Shown: positions 49,525 through 59,878, counted from the first letter of the stretch. The stretch: DNA of 64,000 nucleotides from Spirulina sp. (GCA_044070495.1 JBIPSI010000007.1:64001-128000), one strand, 5' to 3'. Notes: a model not told the origin generated them from the letters alone. A program made the numbers and translations.

Positions 49525-50691
49525 CTAGGCTAACAGGAGCGAGACGCCCAATAATGCCCCTGGGATGATGAAAAACACGCCCAAAATATAGGCCAAGGCC
49601 CACCCTTTATTGTCGGTAGCCATTGTGGCCAGCTTTTGTGAACCTTCGTAGGGAATGCGATATAGAAAGGGCACAAAGAAAATCAAAATGGCGGCCAACA
49701 GGTTAAACAGCAAGTGCACCATGGCAATTTGCAAGGCGGGTAAGGCCGTTGGCCCGCTGACGCTGGTGGCCGCTAGCAGGGATGTCACGGTCGTACCAAT
49801 GTTGGCCCCAATGGTAAAGGGATAGATCTGGGCTAGGGTTAAAACGCCCAACCCAGCCAGAGGCACCATCAAGCTCGTTGTGGTTGAGGACGACTGTACC
49901 AGAATGGTGATGAGAATGCCCGATAACACTCCAGACACTGGCCCCCGGCCAATTGCTGTGTTCATAATTTCCTTGGCTTTTCCCACCATCAAGCGCTTCA
50001 TCACTTTGCCCAGGAAATAAATGGAGAAGAAAATTAACCCCATGCCAATCAGAATCTGCAAGATAGCACTATAGGGTTCGGGGAGAAGAGAACTGGTAAT
50101 ATTGCGAATCAAATCCCTTAGAGGTCGAATTAATGCACCCACAAAATCAAGCTCATCAACACTGAGATCTGAATCGCCAACAAAAAGTCCTGCCAATGGC
50201 TTGCTCAGCCGTTCCAGCAAGCCAAACATCATTTCTAGGGGAAAGAAAATGGCCACAGCAAGCAAATTGAACAAGTCCAGCACTGTGGCAGCAGAAAAGG
50301 CTAGCTTGAACTCATCTTTGTTCTTAATGTGTCCGAGGCTAACCAGGGTATTGGTCACCGAGGTTCCCAAGTTTGCCCCCATGATCATGGGAATAGCAAT
50401 GGTCACGGGTAAGCCACCCGCCACCAGGGAAACGATGATGGAGGTTGTTGTACTAGAGGACTGCACAAGTGCCGTTGAAATAATCCCTACCATCAAGCCT
50501 AGAAAAGGGTTGGTGGCAAAGGTGAATAGATACTCCGCCTCATCGCCAACGGCGGCTCGAAAGCCTCGACTGATGACGCTTACGGCAACGATCAGCAGAT
50601 AAAGAAGAACAAGGACAGAAATCCAACCAATCGTTTGCTGTCGAGGACTAAGGTTTTCTGATTCGTGTTTTGTGAGAGGCTTTGAAGTCAC
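49525..50691 (-). CDS. Na/Pi cotransporter (NptA-like)
   Basis: Two QSSSTTTS repeats, GANLGTSVT and GANIGTTVT. Confidence 0.92.
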   Translation of the reverse strand: MTSKPLTKHESENLSPRQQTIGWISVLVLLYLLIVAVSVISRGFRAAVGDEAEYLFTFATNPFLGLMVGIISTALVQSSSTTTSIIVSLVAGGLPVTIAIPMIMGANLGTSVTNTLVSLGHIKNKDEFKLAFSAATVLDLFNLLAVAIFFPLEMMFGLLERLSKPLAGLFVGDSDLSVDELDFVGALIRPLRDLIRNITSSLLPEPYSAILQILIGMGLIFFSIYFLGKVMKRLMVGKAKEIMNTAIGRGPVSGVLSGILITILVQSSSTTTSLMVPLAGLGVLTLAQIYPFTIGANIGTTVTSLLAATSVSGPTALPALQIAMVHLLFNLLAAILIFFVPFLYRIPYEGSQKLATMATDNKGWALAYILGVFFIIPGALLGVSLLLA

Positions 50692-51089
50692 AGTATCAAC
50701 TCCTTAAAATATTTTTAGCCAACAACGTTAAACGTCGCTGACCTAGAACCCAATCAAAAATTTTCATCGAAGCATCAAAAATCAAAGCTATCAGTCAATC
50801 AATGACAGCTCCACTGACCTTCCGAATAACAGTGCTTAATCCCAAAAATCTTGACAATATCTTAGGAGCGGGATTGACTTAAACGAAATAGATTTTTTGG
50901 AAATCTGAGCCTAGAGTACTATCAACTAAAATCCGAGACAACTAGCGAAATAAAATCTGAACTTAATCTATAGTTAACCTGCGAGATCAGGCCTTTCACT
51001 TAGCAAGTAGAGTGAGTCATTATAGGAAACTGATATGAAAAGTTGGCGAGAAGCTAATGTGACAAAATAGATATTTCACTGCTCGATCA

Positions 51090-51219
51090 CTGGTTGACTG
51101 ACAAAAGATCCTGCGCCGGACGCGGAAACCGCGCCCCTACAAGATTTGGATAATGTAGGGGTCAGGTCTCCTGACCCTTTGGCGGATCTGGGTTCTCGCA
51201 AGTTTTGTCAGTCAACCAG
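51090..51219. mobile_element. 130-bp MITE with 17-bp perfect TIRs and 9-bp target duplication
   Basis: CTGGTTGACTGACAAAA ... TTTTGTCAGTCAACCAG flanked by GCTCGATCA (51081-51089 and 51220-51228). Confidence 0.88.
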
Positions 51220-51379
51220 GCTCGATCATCGGACTTAATCTATGTTTAATGAGTCGTGGGTGCGTTCCAGTCTGCCTCTGGGTGGTGCAATAGTGGAATC
51301 TATCCGACAAAGCCAACAGAATCCAAGGCACAGTATGTTGTCCTTCGGGTCTTCTCTAGTCCACCTAATCGACTGAGCG

Positions 51380-52102
51380 ATGCAGCGGATTATTATCCAG
51401 CCCGACCAAATTCAGGACCATCACCTCACCCTTACCGCCGATCAGCAGCATTACCTCCATCGAGTGCTGCGGCTGGTGGCGGGGGATCGGTTTATGGCCC
51501 TGGATGGTCAAGGTCAACAGTGGGTGGCGACGTTGGGTAAGGATCCTGGATTCGCCCACCTCGCCCCCTTGGCAACGGCTGCCCCTGTTCTGCCAAACGT
51601 CACCCTAGCCATCGCGCTCCCCAAGGGCAGCGGCTTTGACGATGTGGTGCGCCAAACCACCGAGATCGGCGTGGACACCCTACAACCGTTGATTACCCAG
51701 CGCACCCTGCACCAGCCCAACCTCAAAAAGCTGGAACGCTGGCAGCGCATTGCCGCCGAAGCCACCGAACAATGCGAGCGTCCCAACCTGCCGAACCTTC
51801 AGTCACCCATGCCCTGGGCCGACTACCTGCGCCAAGACCTGCCCCCCCAGCGCTGGATCTGCCTTGCCCGTGGAGAATCCCAGCCCTTACTCACCGTCGC
51901 CCAGGCTAGCGATCCCAACCTCGGCACCGTGATCGCCATCGGGCCAGAGGGGGGCTGGACAGAGGCCGAAATCACTGCCGCCCTCGCCGCCGGATTTCAG
52001 CCCGCTTCCCTAGGGCCAACGGTGCTCCGGGCCGTGACTGCCCCCATGGTGGCCCTGGCCCTGGCCCTGGCTGGCCTTGATTCAGGGAATCCGCAGCGGT
52101 AA
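51380..52102 (+). CDS. rsmE: 16S rRNA m3U1498 methyltransferase
   Basis: HYLHRVLRL, TEIGV, RWQRIAAEATEQCER, IGPEGGW, LGPTVLRAVTA. Confidence 0.95.
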   Translation: MQRIIIQPDQIQDHHLTLTADQQHYLHRVLRLVAGDRFMALDGQGQQWVATLGKDPGFAHLAPLATAAPVLPNVTLAIALPKGSGFDDVVRQTTEIGVDTLQPLITQRTLHQPNLKKLERWQRIAAEATEQCERPNLPNLQSPMPWADYLRQDLPPQRWICLARGESQPLLTVAQASDPNLGTVIAIGPEGGWTEAEITAALAAGFQPASLGPTVLRAVTAPMVALALALAGLDSGNPQR

Positions 52103-52179
52103 GCCGCCATGCCCTGAGGCCCTAGCGCCTTTAGAATAGAGAGGTCATTTTACGTTGCGTCTAACGCCGTTCTTGCCCT

Positions 52180-52461
52180 ATGCCGCCCCGCTGGCCCCGT
52201 AAACCCACCCGCGAAGATCCCGCCTACCGTCGCCTAGAAGACCGCATCAACTTTGCGGTGCATGTGGCGGCCTTCATTGCCGTCAATTCTGGGCTGTGGT
52301 TTTTCCATACCCTCAACCCCGCCTGGGTAAGCTGGGTGCAGTGGGTTACCCTGGCTTGGCTCCCCGCCCTGGTGGGGCACGGCATCTACATCTTCGCCAT
52401 TGCCGATTATTCGCCCATCCCCCTATCCCCCGTAGAACCCAACGATCCAGGAGAGGTTTAA
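52180..52461 (+). CDS. Cyanobacterial 2TM domain protein
   Basis: MPPRWPRKP.R.DPAYRRLEDRINFAVH; two TM helices. Confidence 0.8.
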   Translation: MPPRWPRKPTREDPAYRRLEDRINFAVHVAAFIAVNSGLWFFHTLNPAWVSWVQWVTLAWLPALVGHGIYIFAIADYSPIPLSPVEPNDPGEV

Positions 52462-52463
52462 CC

Positions 52464-52772
52464 ATGGCTAGCGCCGGAAGCAGTCGCGCAATTGAAGCCC
52501 TCGCCGCCGCCATTGGCGATCAAGCCTATATCGATGTGGCCAAGTGGCATCTCTACCTCGGCGATGCCAAACTCCATACGTCCTTAGCCGAACGGATCTA
52601 TCCGCTCATTGATGACGGCACCTTTGATGAATCGGCCCTAATGGATGTCCTGGCTAGCTTTTCCGTCGCCCTGGGGGGAGGCAAGAAAACCGTTTCCCTC
52701 GCCGATCTGATTCCGTCGGGCAGTCAGGCCGATCTACTCCGCGCCATCGAAGACTACCAGCGAGATCGGTAA
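52464..52772 (+). CDS. DUF3181 family protein
   Basis: IEALAAAIG..YIDVAKWHLYLGDAKL, LGGG..LADLIP. Confidence 0.8.
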   Translation: MASAGSSRAIEALAAAIGDQAYIDVAKWHLYLGDAKLHTSLAERIYPLIDDGTFDESALMDVLASFSVALGGGKKTVSLADLIPSGSQADLLRAIEDYQRDR

Positions 52773-52821
52773 CGTTACCCCCCATCCACACGCCTACTTC
52801 TATGGATAGGAGAACATTTCC

Positions 52822-53172
52822 ATGCCACTAATCAAGGTGCAAACCTCGGTACCCTCCCCCGATAAGGCCCAAGTGGAGAGCCTGCTGAAGGATCTGTCGG
52901 CCCGCTTGGCCAGCCATTTGGGCAAGCCCGAATCCTACGTGATGACCTCCTTCACCGCCGATGTACCCATGACCTTTGCGGGCACCACCGACCCCGTCTG
53001 CTACATCGAAATCAAAAGCGTCGGCACGATGGGCAGCAAAACCAAAGCCATGAGCCAAGATTTCTGTACCCAGGTGGAAAGCGCCCTTGGCGTACCGAAA
53101 AATCGGGTGTATATCGAATTTGCCGATGCCCCAGGGGCCATGTGGGGCTGGAACGGCGGCACCTTTGGGTAG
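52822..53172 (+). CDS. MIF/phenylpyruvate tautomerase family protein
   Basis: N-terminal Pro (MPLI), GKPESYVM, IKSVG, RVYIEF, WGWNGGTF. Confidence 0.92.
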   Translation: MPLIKVQTSVPSPDKAQVESLLKDLSARLASHLGKPESYVMTSFTADVPMTFAGTTDPVCYIEIKSVGTMGSKTKAMSQDFCTQVESALGVPKNRVYIEFADAPGAMWGWNGGTFG

Positions 53173-53199
53173 ATTTATGGTTAACGCAAAGTCCTCGCA

Positions 53200-53293
53200 G
53201 CCCTCACCCTAAATCCCTCTCCCCAAGGGAGAGGGACTTTGAAACAGGTTCTGGCTCCCCTCTCCCACAGGGAGAGGGGCTGGGGGTGAGGGC
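53200..53293. repeat. CCCTCTCCC..GGGAGAGGG palindromic repeat pair
   Basis: GCCCTCACCCTAAATCCCTCTCCC..GGGAGAGGG ... CCCTCTCCC..GGGAGAGGGGCTGGGGGTGAGGGC; same family as 39665-39751. Confidence 0.8.
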
Positions 53294-53335
53294 CATACCG
53301 TAGGTTGCCGTGGTTTTGTCATGGACTGAACTGGC

Positions 53336-55918
53336 CTAAAAGGGCACATCCTTATCGGGGTGGGAGGGCTGATGAGCCGCTGCCTTAGAGGGTTTTGGAC
53401 TAGGGCCACCCAGCAGCGCATCGAGGTCGTCGTCAATATCTACCACCTGCCCATTGAAAAACTGGGCAAAGTTCTTCACGGCCCGATCAAAGTCGCTGGC
53501 GATCTCCGGCAGGGGTGGCCTTGTGGGTATGGCGTTGGCCATCGGAGCAGATGGGGCCGAGTTCCCATTGGCAGGTACGGGCGCAGCCACGGGGGCAGCA
53601 GCCGGGATGGAAGTGTTGGTTTCTGCGGTTTGGGACGGGTTGACCACAGGGGCAGGAACCGCATTGGTCGGGGGATGCGGCGGGTAGGGCGGGTAGGGCG
53701 TAGCAGGCGGCTCGGATACCCCCTGCCCCGGTGCCTGGGAAATGTTGGGGGCTGGGGCCTCAGGCTTTGGGTCGGGCAGCACCTCCAGGGAAACCACCAC
53801 TTTTCGATTCAGCACTTTCTGGAAGGCCGCTTCCACATTTTCGACCCTGCCCTGGGCCATCTTAAACAGGGGCCGAGAGCTAATCCCCACCCTGGCCACA
53901 GACCCATCAAAAAAGACTAGGCTACCCTGCTGAAGCATCAACGCACGGGTACCCAGGGGTTCTAAGACCGCAATCACCTGCGCCCACAGATGGGGTAAAT
54001 CGGCATTCGCGACGGTGGCACCCTGGCCATTATTCGGCGGCGGCGGAATATAATCCGATGCGGGTACTGGCGTTGGTTCTGCGGGGCGATCCGCTTGGGG
54101 TTGTGCCGCTGGGGGCCGATCTGGCGTGGACTGATCTGGCGGCGGGGCTGGCGTTGGCGGCGGCGTGAAAGCCGTCGTCGGTGGCGGAGCGCTGGGAGTA
54201 ATGGTTCTCTCCGGTGCGGGGGCGGCAGGTTGAGAAGACACCGCCGGACGAGGAGCCATACCCATAGCGGGACTCGTCGTAACCAAACTGGCTAGGGTCG
54301 ATGGCAACAGCCCTAATAATGTGACCTCTAGCCAAAGGCGCGGCTGGGTGGTGTTTTTCACCTGGGCTTCGGCACTGCGGAGGTGCTGTTGGCCCATCAG
54401 CAACAGGGGGGTATCCAGGGCTTGAACCAAAGTCTGCATGTCAGCCCAGGTGGGGGGCGTGATGGCTACCAAATCCTGACGACCGCCCGCCGTTTTGGCA
54501 ATCAGCAAATCTCGGTAGAACCCGGCCAAATTTTGCAGCACAATCAGCGGCTCTCGGCCCCGATCCATCAATTTACGGGCCTGGTCTAAAACCGTGCTGC
54601 CATCATCGCTGAGGATGGCCTGCACCAGGGCCAGCAAATCCCGCTCTGGCACCGCCCCCACCAAATCCCACACGGCATCGGCGGTGATGGGCGGCTCTAG
54701 CAAACTGAGCTGATCCAGCAAACTCTGGGCATCCCGCAAGCCCCCCTGAGACACCTGGGCCACCAGCCGCAGGGCTTCATCGTTAATGGCAATCTCTTCC
54801 TGAGTGGCGATGTTCCGCAGGTGGAGAATCATCGGCTCTAGGGGAATGCGCCGATAATCAAACCGCTGACAGCGAGAAATGATCGTCGGCAACACCCGCT
54901 GGGGATCGGTTGTGGCCAGCACAAACACCACATTGCTGGGCGGCTCCTCCAGGGTTTTCAGCAGGGCATTGAACGCGGCGGTACTCAACATGTGGCAGTT
55001 GTGCACCAGCAAGCTATTGGCCACAAAGTTGTGGTTGTCTTCCACCTCAATGTCGTAAACCGCCTCAACCCCAGCGGGGCGGACAGATACGACCGTCTCC
55101 AAATTTGTAGCCCATAGCTGGGATTGAGATTTATCGAGCAGCGCTGTAGGACTTTTGGCCGTAGGTGTTGCCCTTAAATTGGTGTCCCCGAACGAAGCGG
55201 CGCGGTCGGTGGTCGGAGCCAACGGCAGGGATGAGGGTGCCGCATCCACAGGCGCAGGGGATAAGATTTGGTGCCCTGCTTGAAGTTCTCCGGCGGCTAT
55301 CCATCCTTCCGTTGTCCTAATCAAATGATTCTCAGTACATCGGATCCGACGATGGGTGGTCTGAATGTCCAAGATGGGACGAACACCTTGGTCTAGCCAG
55401 CGCACCGCCCGCTTAAATTCCCATTGTTGAGATGCTTCGTTGTAGCTGAGTACCTGTTTTCCCTCAATGGTGGGGTCGTCAATCCTCATGGGGCCATCGG
55501 CGGTGAGAACGAGGGAATCTCCGGTCAGGCACTCGTCGATCACGTAAACCTTGTACCGACACTGCACTGGGGCAAACTGGGCGCGTTCGATTAGTTCCCG
55601 GATGTTGTCCACCCCGGTGTTGCTGGCGGCGTCGATTTCAATGAAATCCAGCGCTGAACCGTTGGTGATGGAACGGCAGGTTTCGCAGGTGCCGCAGGGT
55701 TCGGGGGTAGGGTGGTCTTGGTTGATGCAGTTGAGGGATTTGGCCAAAATCCGGGCGCTGGAAGTTTTGCCCGTGCCCCTGGGGCCACAGAACAGGTAGG
55801 CCGGAGCAATCCGTTGCTGGTTGAGGGCGTTGGACAGCGTGGTGGCAATGGCATCTTGGCCCACCAGTTGGTTAAACCGCTGGGGACGATACTTGTGGTG
55901 CAGGGGTTCGTAGGCCAT
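53336..55918 (-). CDS. dnaX: DNA polymerase III gamma/tau with intein
   Basis: YEPLHHKYRPQ, GPRGTGKTS, EIDAASN, YVIDE|intein|CHMLSTAAFNALLKTLEEPP. Confidence 0.97.
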   Translation of the reverse strand: MAYEPLHHKYRPQRFNQLVGQDAIATTLSNALNQQRIAPAYLFCGPRGTGKTSSARILAKSLNCINQDHPTPEPCGTCETCRSITNGSALDFIEIDAASNTGVDNIRELIERAQFAPVQCRYKVYVIDECLTGDSLVLTADGPMRIDDPTIEGKQVLSYNEASQQWEFKRAVRWLDQGVRPILDIQTTHRRIRCTENHLIRTTEGWIAAGELQAGHQILSPAPVDAAPSSLPLAPTTDRAASFGDTNLRATPTAKSPTALLDKSQSQLWATNLETVVSVRPAGVEAVYDIEVEDNHNFVANSLLVHNCHMLSTAAFNALLKTLEEPPSNVVFVLATTDPQRVLPTIISRCQRFDYRRIPLEPMILHLRNIATQEEIAINDEALRLVAQVSQGGLRDAQSLLDQLSLLEPPITADAVWDLVGAVPERDLLALVQAILSDDGSTVLDQARKLMDRGREPLIVLQNLAGFYRDLLIAKTAGGRQDLVAITPPTWADMQTLVQALDTPLLLMGQQHLRSAEAQVKNTTQPRLWLEVTLLGLLPSTLASLVTTSPAMGMAPRPAVSSQPAAPAPERTITPSAPPPTTAFTPPPTPAPPPDQSTPDRPPAAQPQADRPAEPTPVPASDYIPPPPNNGQGATVANADLPHLWAQVIAVLEPLGTRALMLQQGSLVFFDGSVARVGISSRPLFKMAQGRVENVEAAFQKVLNRKVVVSLEVLPDPKPEAPAPNISQAPGQGVSEPPATPYPPYPPHPPTNAVPAPVVNPSQTAETNTSIPAAAPVAAPVPANGNSAPSAPMANAIPTRPPLPEIASDFDRAVKNFAQFFNGQVVDIDDDLDALLGGPSPKPSKAAAHQPSHPDKDVPF
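54998..55531 (-). other. DnaX mini-intein (178 aa, no in-frame endonuclease)
   Basis: Starts CLTGDSLV after E129, block B CTENH, ends VYDIEVEDNHNFVANSLLVHN before Cys. Confidence 0.93.
55131..55304 (-). CDS. 57-aa out-of-frame ORF nested in the DnaX intein (CxCGCG motif)
   Basis: MDSRRRTSSRAPNLIPCACGCGTLIPAVGSDHRPRRFVRGHQFKGNTYGQKSYSAAR; purine-rich AGGACAACGGAAGG before the ATG. Confidence 0.55.
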   Translation of the reverse strand: MDSRRRTSSRAPNLIPCACGCGTLIPAVGSDHRPRRFVRGHQFKGNTYGQKSYSAAR

Positions 55919-55971
55919 AGCATTAAGATACCCTGCCTACCCAACCTTGGGCCAAGGCCAAGACGTTAGCC

Positions 55972-56472
55972 TTAGGAATCGCTTTGCCAATGCTCTGGAA
56001 ACTCAACAATTAAGGTGTCCATCTCCGCAATGCTACAGCCAGCCGGGACGGGGCAATTGCGGTTTACCTGGGATCGTTGCATCCGGGCTTGGGCCTGGTT
56101 AGCCAACTGTCGCACCTGCTCAACGGCAGCGGAAATTTCCTGCTTTTGTACCTGCTCAGGGGGCGCTTGGGCCGTGGCTGGGGCCAAGGTGGCGGCGGTG
56201 GCGGCGACTGGGGGAACCGTGGGTCTGGGTGACGCTGGCGCTGGGCGAGACTGGCGAGGAATGTAGCCCTGAAAGTAGGCAATGGCCAGCCGTCGAAACA
56301 AGATCTTCAGGTGATCGGGGAGCGATTTCTCGACCTGATCGGGCTTTTCCACAAGATCAACAATTTGCCCCATGGCGTGGGCAATCAGGGTATTATCTTG
56401 GCGGCTGGTGGGGTAAGTATCTTTGAGATCAAGCCAACAGGCTTCAAAAGCCTCAAGTTCGCGTAGCAGCAT
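55972..56472 (-). CDS. Hypothetical protein
   Basis: 166-aa ORF filling the gap upstream of dnaX; no family recognised. Confidence 0.55.
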   Translation of the reverse strand: MLLRELEAFEACWLDLKDTYPTSRQDNTLIAHAMGQIVDLVEKPDQVEKSLPDHLKILFRRLAIAYFQGYIPRQSRPAPASPRPTVPPVAATAATLAPATAQAPPEQVQKQEISAAVEQVRQLANQAQARMQRSQVNRNCPVPAGCSIAEMDTLIVEFPEHWQSDS

Positions 56473-56652
56473 GGGATCACCTGGGCAGCAGGTAGATGTG
56501 GGCCGTGACGAAACAGGTGCACCCGTCCCATGACCTGAGCGGTTGATGCTGGGGGAGAATGGGGTTCTTAATTATTAATGTGCCCTAAAATGGCCCCCTT
56601 CAGCCCTCCCCTAGCGTGAAGATTTGATGTATTGAGGAGTTGTAACAAATCC

Positions 56653-57138
56653 ATGGCGGTTGTCGAAAAAATCTATACCGATGGAGCCTGTTCCGGCAAT
56701 CCGGGGCCAGGGGGCTGGGGCACCGTGCTCTATTTTGCCGATGGCGGCATCCACGAACTGGGGGGTGGATCGCGCCAAACCACCAACAACCGCATGGAAA
56801 TGCAGGCCGCCATTGCCGGACTAACCTGGCTGCGAGACAGCGGCCAAACCCAGCCCGTCGCCATCTACACCGATAGCGAGTATGTGCTTAAGGGAATTAC
56901 CCAGTGGATCGCCGGATGGAAGCGGCGGGGCTGGGTGAATTCCGCCAAAAAGCCCGTTCTCAACCGCGACCTGTGGGAACAGCTTGACCAAGTCACCACC
57001 GAGGTGAACAAAACCCTGGATAAGCCCTTGCAGTGGGTTTATGTGCGGGGGCATTCAGGCAACGTGGGCAACGAACGCTGCGACACCATTGCCCGTGCCT
57101 TTGCCGCCAACCGCCCCATTGACCTCACGACCCTCTAG
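56653..57138 (+). CDS. rnhA: Ribonuclease HI
   Basis: [48 protein letters not shown]. Confidence 0.96.
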   Translation: MAVVEKIYTDGACSGNPGPGGWGTVLYFADGGIHELGGGSRQTTNNRMEMQAAIAGLTWLRDSGQTQPVAIYTDSEYVLKGITQWIAGWKRRGWVNSAKKPVLNRDLWEQLDQVTTEVNKTLDKPLQWVYVRGHSGNVGNERCDTIARAFAANRPIDLTTL

Positions 57139-57353
57139 GAATCCAGATCTCCCAGCGGGCTATCTATTTTGATGACGTGCGGCGATCTGTCCGAAATGCG
57201 GGGGGACGGGCTTGTATCTAATGCTCCGACGACGTGCACTCCCATCGTCGGGGAGGCCACTGGACGGCGAGGTTTGGCCGGAAACCCACCACCGCTCCCC
57301 TCGACCGATACTATTTATATGTAGAAAAAATTTGATCATTTGCGGGGGCTGCC

Positions 57354-58508
57354 GTGTTGCTATCAAAAGGGTTTGAAGTCGAGATGTACACGGGCACCCC
57401 CAGCGGGAACGTGGTCGGCCTGTCCGACCGCATTGTGGCTAACCTCAACGGCTTTGTGCGCGAACCCGACAGCCGCAATGTGGAATACACCACCCCGCCC
57501 CTCTGCCAGTACGAAAAGCTGCTGTGCGAACTGGTGCGCCCCCGCCATGAATTACGGCAATACCTGCACGGCCTGGGCGACTATACCCTCATTCCCGGCA
57601 GTACTCTTTCCCTTGGGCCAACGGATCGCTTCTTCCGTTCAGACCCCAGCAACCCCTACCACTCCTACATCGAGCAAACCTACGGCACCACCGTCGTCAC
57701 CGCCAGCATTCACATTAATATCGGCATTTCCGACCCCGAACTGCTGATGCGGGCCTGCCGCCTGGTGCGGGTAGAAGCGCCCCTCTACCTAGCCCTCACC
57801 GCTTCCTCCCCCTTCCTGAATGGGGAAGTCACGGGATCCCACTCTAGCCGCTGGCAGGTGTTCCCCAAAACCCCCGCCGATGTGCCCTTGTTTGAGAGCC
57901 ACCTGCACCACATTCGCTGGATGGAGGAGCAACTGGCGGTGGGCACCATGCAAAATGTGCGTCACCTGTGGTCTTCGGTGCGGCCCAATGGCGACCGTCG
58001 CCCCTACAGCCTCAACCGCCTAGAACTGCGAATCTGCGACCTGATTAGCGACCCCATCGCCCTCCTAGCGGTGACCGCGTTGCTAGAGGCCCGTCTGATT
58101 CAGATGATGCAGAACCCCGATCTCGATCCCCTGCTACAGAGCCAGTTTCCCCAGGACAGCCGCAACCACGATCTCGTCCTCCTTAGCGACGCTAACGAAA
58201 TGGCCGTCGCCAAGCACAGCCTGGAGGCCGAGCTGCACCATTGGCAGGATGGTCGGCCCATTTTGGCTAAGGAATGGATCCAAAATCTCTATGATGAGGT
58301 GTGGCCCATCGCCAAGGCCAACGGGATTAGCTGTTTTCTCAGCCCGGTGAAGAAAATTTTGCGGGAAGGCAACGAGGCCCAGCACTGGCTGCGGCAGTAC
58401 GAGGCCGGACAGTCGGTGTCCGCTGTTCTGATGACGGCGATTCAAGCGGTTCAACACCAAGAGGATCAGTTGGCTAAGGATCTCTGTGAACCCTGTGTAG
58501 CGGCGTGA
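57354..58508 (+). CDS. gshA: Glutamate--cysteine ligase (cyanobacterial type)
   Basis: LLSKGFEVEMYTG, EPDSRNVEY, VVTASIHINIG, NVRHLWSSVRPNG, RLELRICD. Confidence 0.93.
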   Translation: MLLSKGFEVEMYTGTPSGNVVGLSDRIVANLNGFVREPDSRNVEYTTPPLCQYEKLLCELVRPRHELRQYLHGLGDYTLIPGSTLSLGPTDRFFRSDPSNPYHSYIEQTYGTTVVTASIHINIGISDPELLMRACRLVRVEAPLYLALTASSPFLNGEVTGSHSSRWQVFPKTPADVPLFESHLHHIRWMEEQLAVGTMQNVRHLWSSVRPNGDRRPYSLNRLELRICDLISDPIALLAVTALLEARLIQMMQNPDLDPLLQSQFPQDSRNHDLVLLSDANEMAVAKHSLEAELHHWQDGRPILAKEWIQNLYDEVWPIAKANGISCFLSPVKKILREGNEAQHWLRQYEAGQSVSAVLMTAIQAVQHQEDQLAKDLCEPCVAA

Positions 58509-58760
58509 TCGACAACGACCTCAGATCTCTCCACAACCCCGCTTGCCTCCGCCATGACCGTCAACGTGGGGCAATTGAATATAGATAACTTTAGGTTATA
58601 GCGGTCATCCTTCTCCGTTATCTGGTGCCATCGGTTCCCAGGTTGCCAGGGCATCCGGCTCAACGGATCAATTTGGCACCGAAAGATTAAACTTTTCTAT
58701 CGGTACTAGACATTGCTCCTGTTTTGTGATTTTAATTTTGACCCTCTGTTCACTGCCGTT

Positions 58761-59231
58761 ATGCCACGCCTCGTTCTTGTAAATCCTCAAATTCCGCCGA
58801 ATACTGGCAACATTGCCCGTACCTGCGCCGCAACCAATACACCGCTTCATCTGGTTGCCCCCCTAGGCTTTGATCTCAGCGACCGCTACCTCAAACGGGC
58901 TGGGTTAGACTACTGGCCCTATGTCAACCTCACCCTCCATGACGACTGGGTCGCCTTTGCCCAGCATCAACAAGCCATCGGCGGGCGAACCATGGCCTTC
59001 TGTACCTCTGGAACCCGTCGCTACACCGACGTTGCCTACCAACCCGATGACTGGCTTCTCTTTGGCAGCGAAACCGAGGGACTGCCTGCCACCGTGCTCC
59101 AACAGTGCACCCAGGTGGTTTCCATTCCGATGAATCGCCGTGCGGTGAGAAGCCTGAACTTGGCCAACAGTGCCGCCATCGGACTCTTTGAGGCCCTGCG
59201 CCAGATTGACTGTTGGCCCGAGGACACCTGA
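58761..59231 (+). CDS. trmL: tRNA (cytidine34-2'-O)-methyltransferase
   Basis: PQIPPNTGNIARTCA, LKRAGLDYW, FGSETEGLP, RSLNLANS. Confidence 0.93.
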   Translation: MPRLVLVNPQIPPNTGNIARTCAATNTPLHLVAPLGFDLSDRYLKRAGLDYWPYVNLTLHDDWVAFAQHQQAIGGRTMAFCTSGTRRYTDVAYQPDDWLLFGSETEGLPATVLQQCTQVVSIPMNRRAVRSLNLANSAAIGLFEALRQIDCWPEDT

Positions 59232-59878
59232 GAAGAAGGGCTTCCGTTTCCCCGCTGGAGGATCTCCCCCAGGGGGAGTAAGGGATTGCGCTAGGCAGGA
59301 TTGAGAGATTCTTTCTAAGAAGAAGTCATGCCCGATACAAAATGTTGCCTTCCTAGATAAGAAATTCATATGCTCGATCCCTAGAGCACAAAAAACGGGG
59401 ATCAATTGAGGTTTGGGTACCTTACTTTAGGGTGTAAAAGAGTCGCGAAAAGGCTTGCCATGAAAGGGTTTCAGTCTTTTATTTTTGCAATTGCGCCGCC
59501 CCCTTGCCTCGATTCTCACGCTCCGCGCAGCTAGGGGACGCTCTAGGGGACTACGCTTGCCAAATCGTTTTTTATGAGGTTAAACCTATATGTTGTGTTC
59601 GGGATTCTCCGATTTTCCCATCGGCCTATCCCGTACCCATGAATCAGCCCTAGGCATTGATTTTTGCGTTTACTTGTGTAAACTTGCCTAAGTCTCATAG
59701 CACAGGGTATTCTTACCTAGCTAAGACTGGTTCCGTAAGTTCGCTGTTGTTCTACCGTTTGAGTTCCGCTGTTTGTCTGGTTTCCAGAACCGTAGGTTGA
59801 GGGCCTTTTATTGCCTCTGCAAGCGGTTACAGCGGCAATGTTCAAGACGTCGAGCACTGGTTTACAGGAGGTCGTTCC

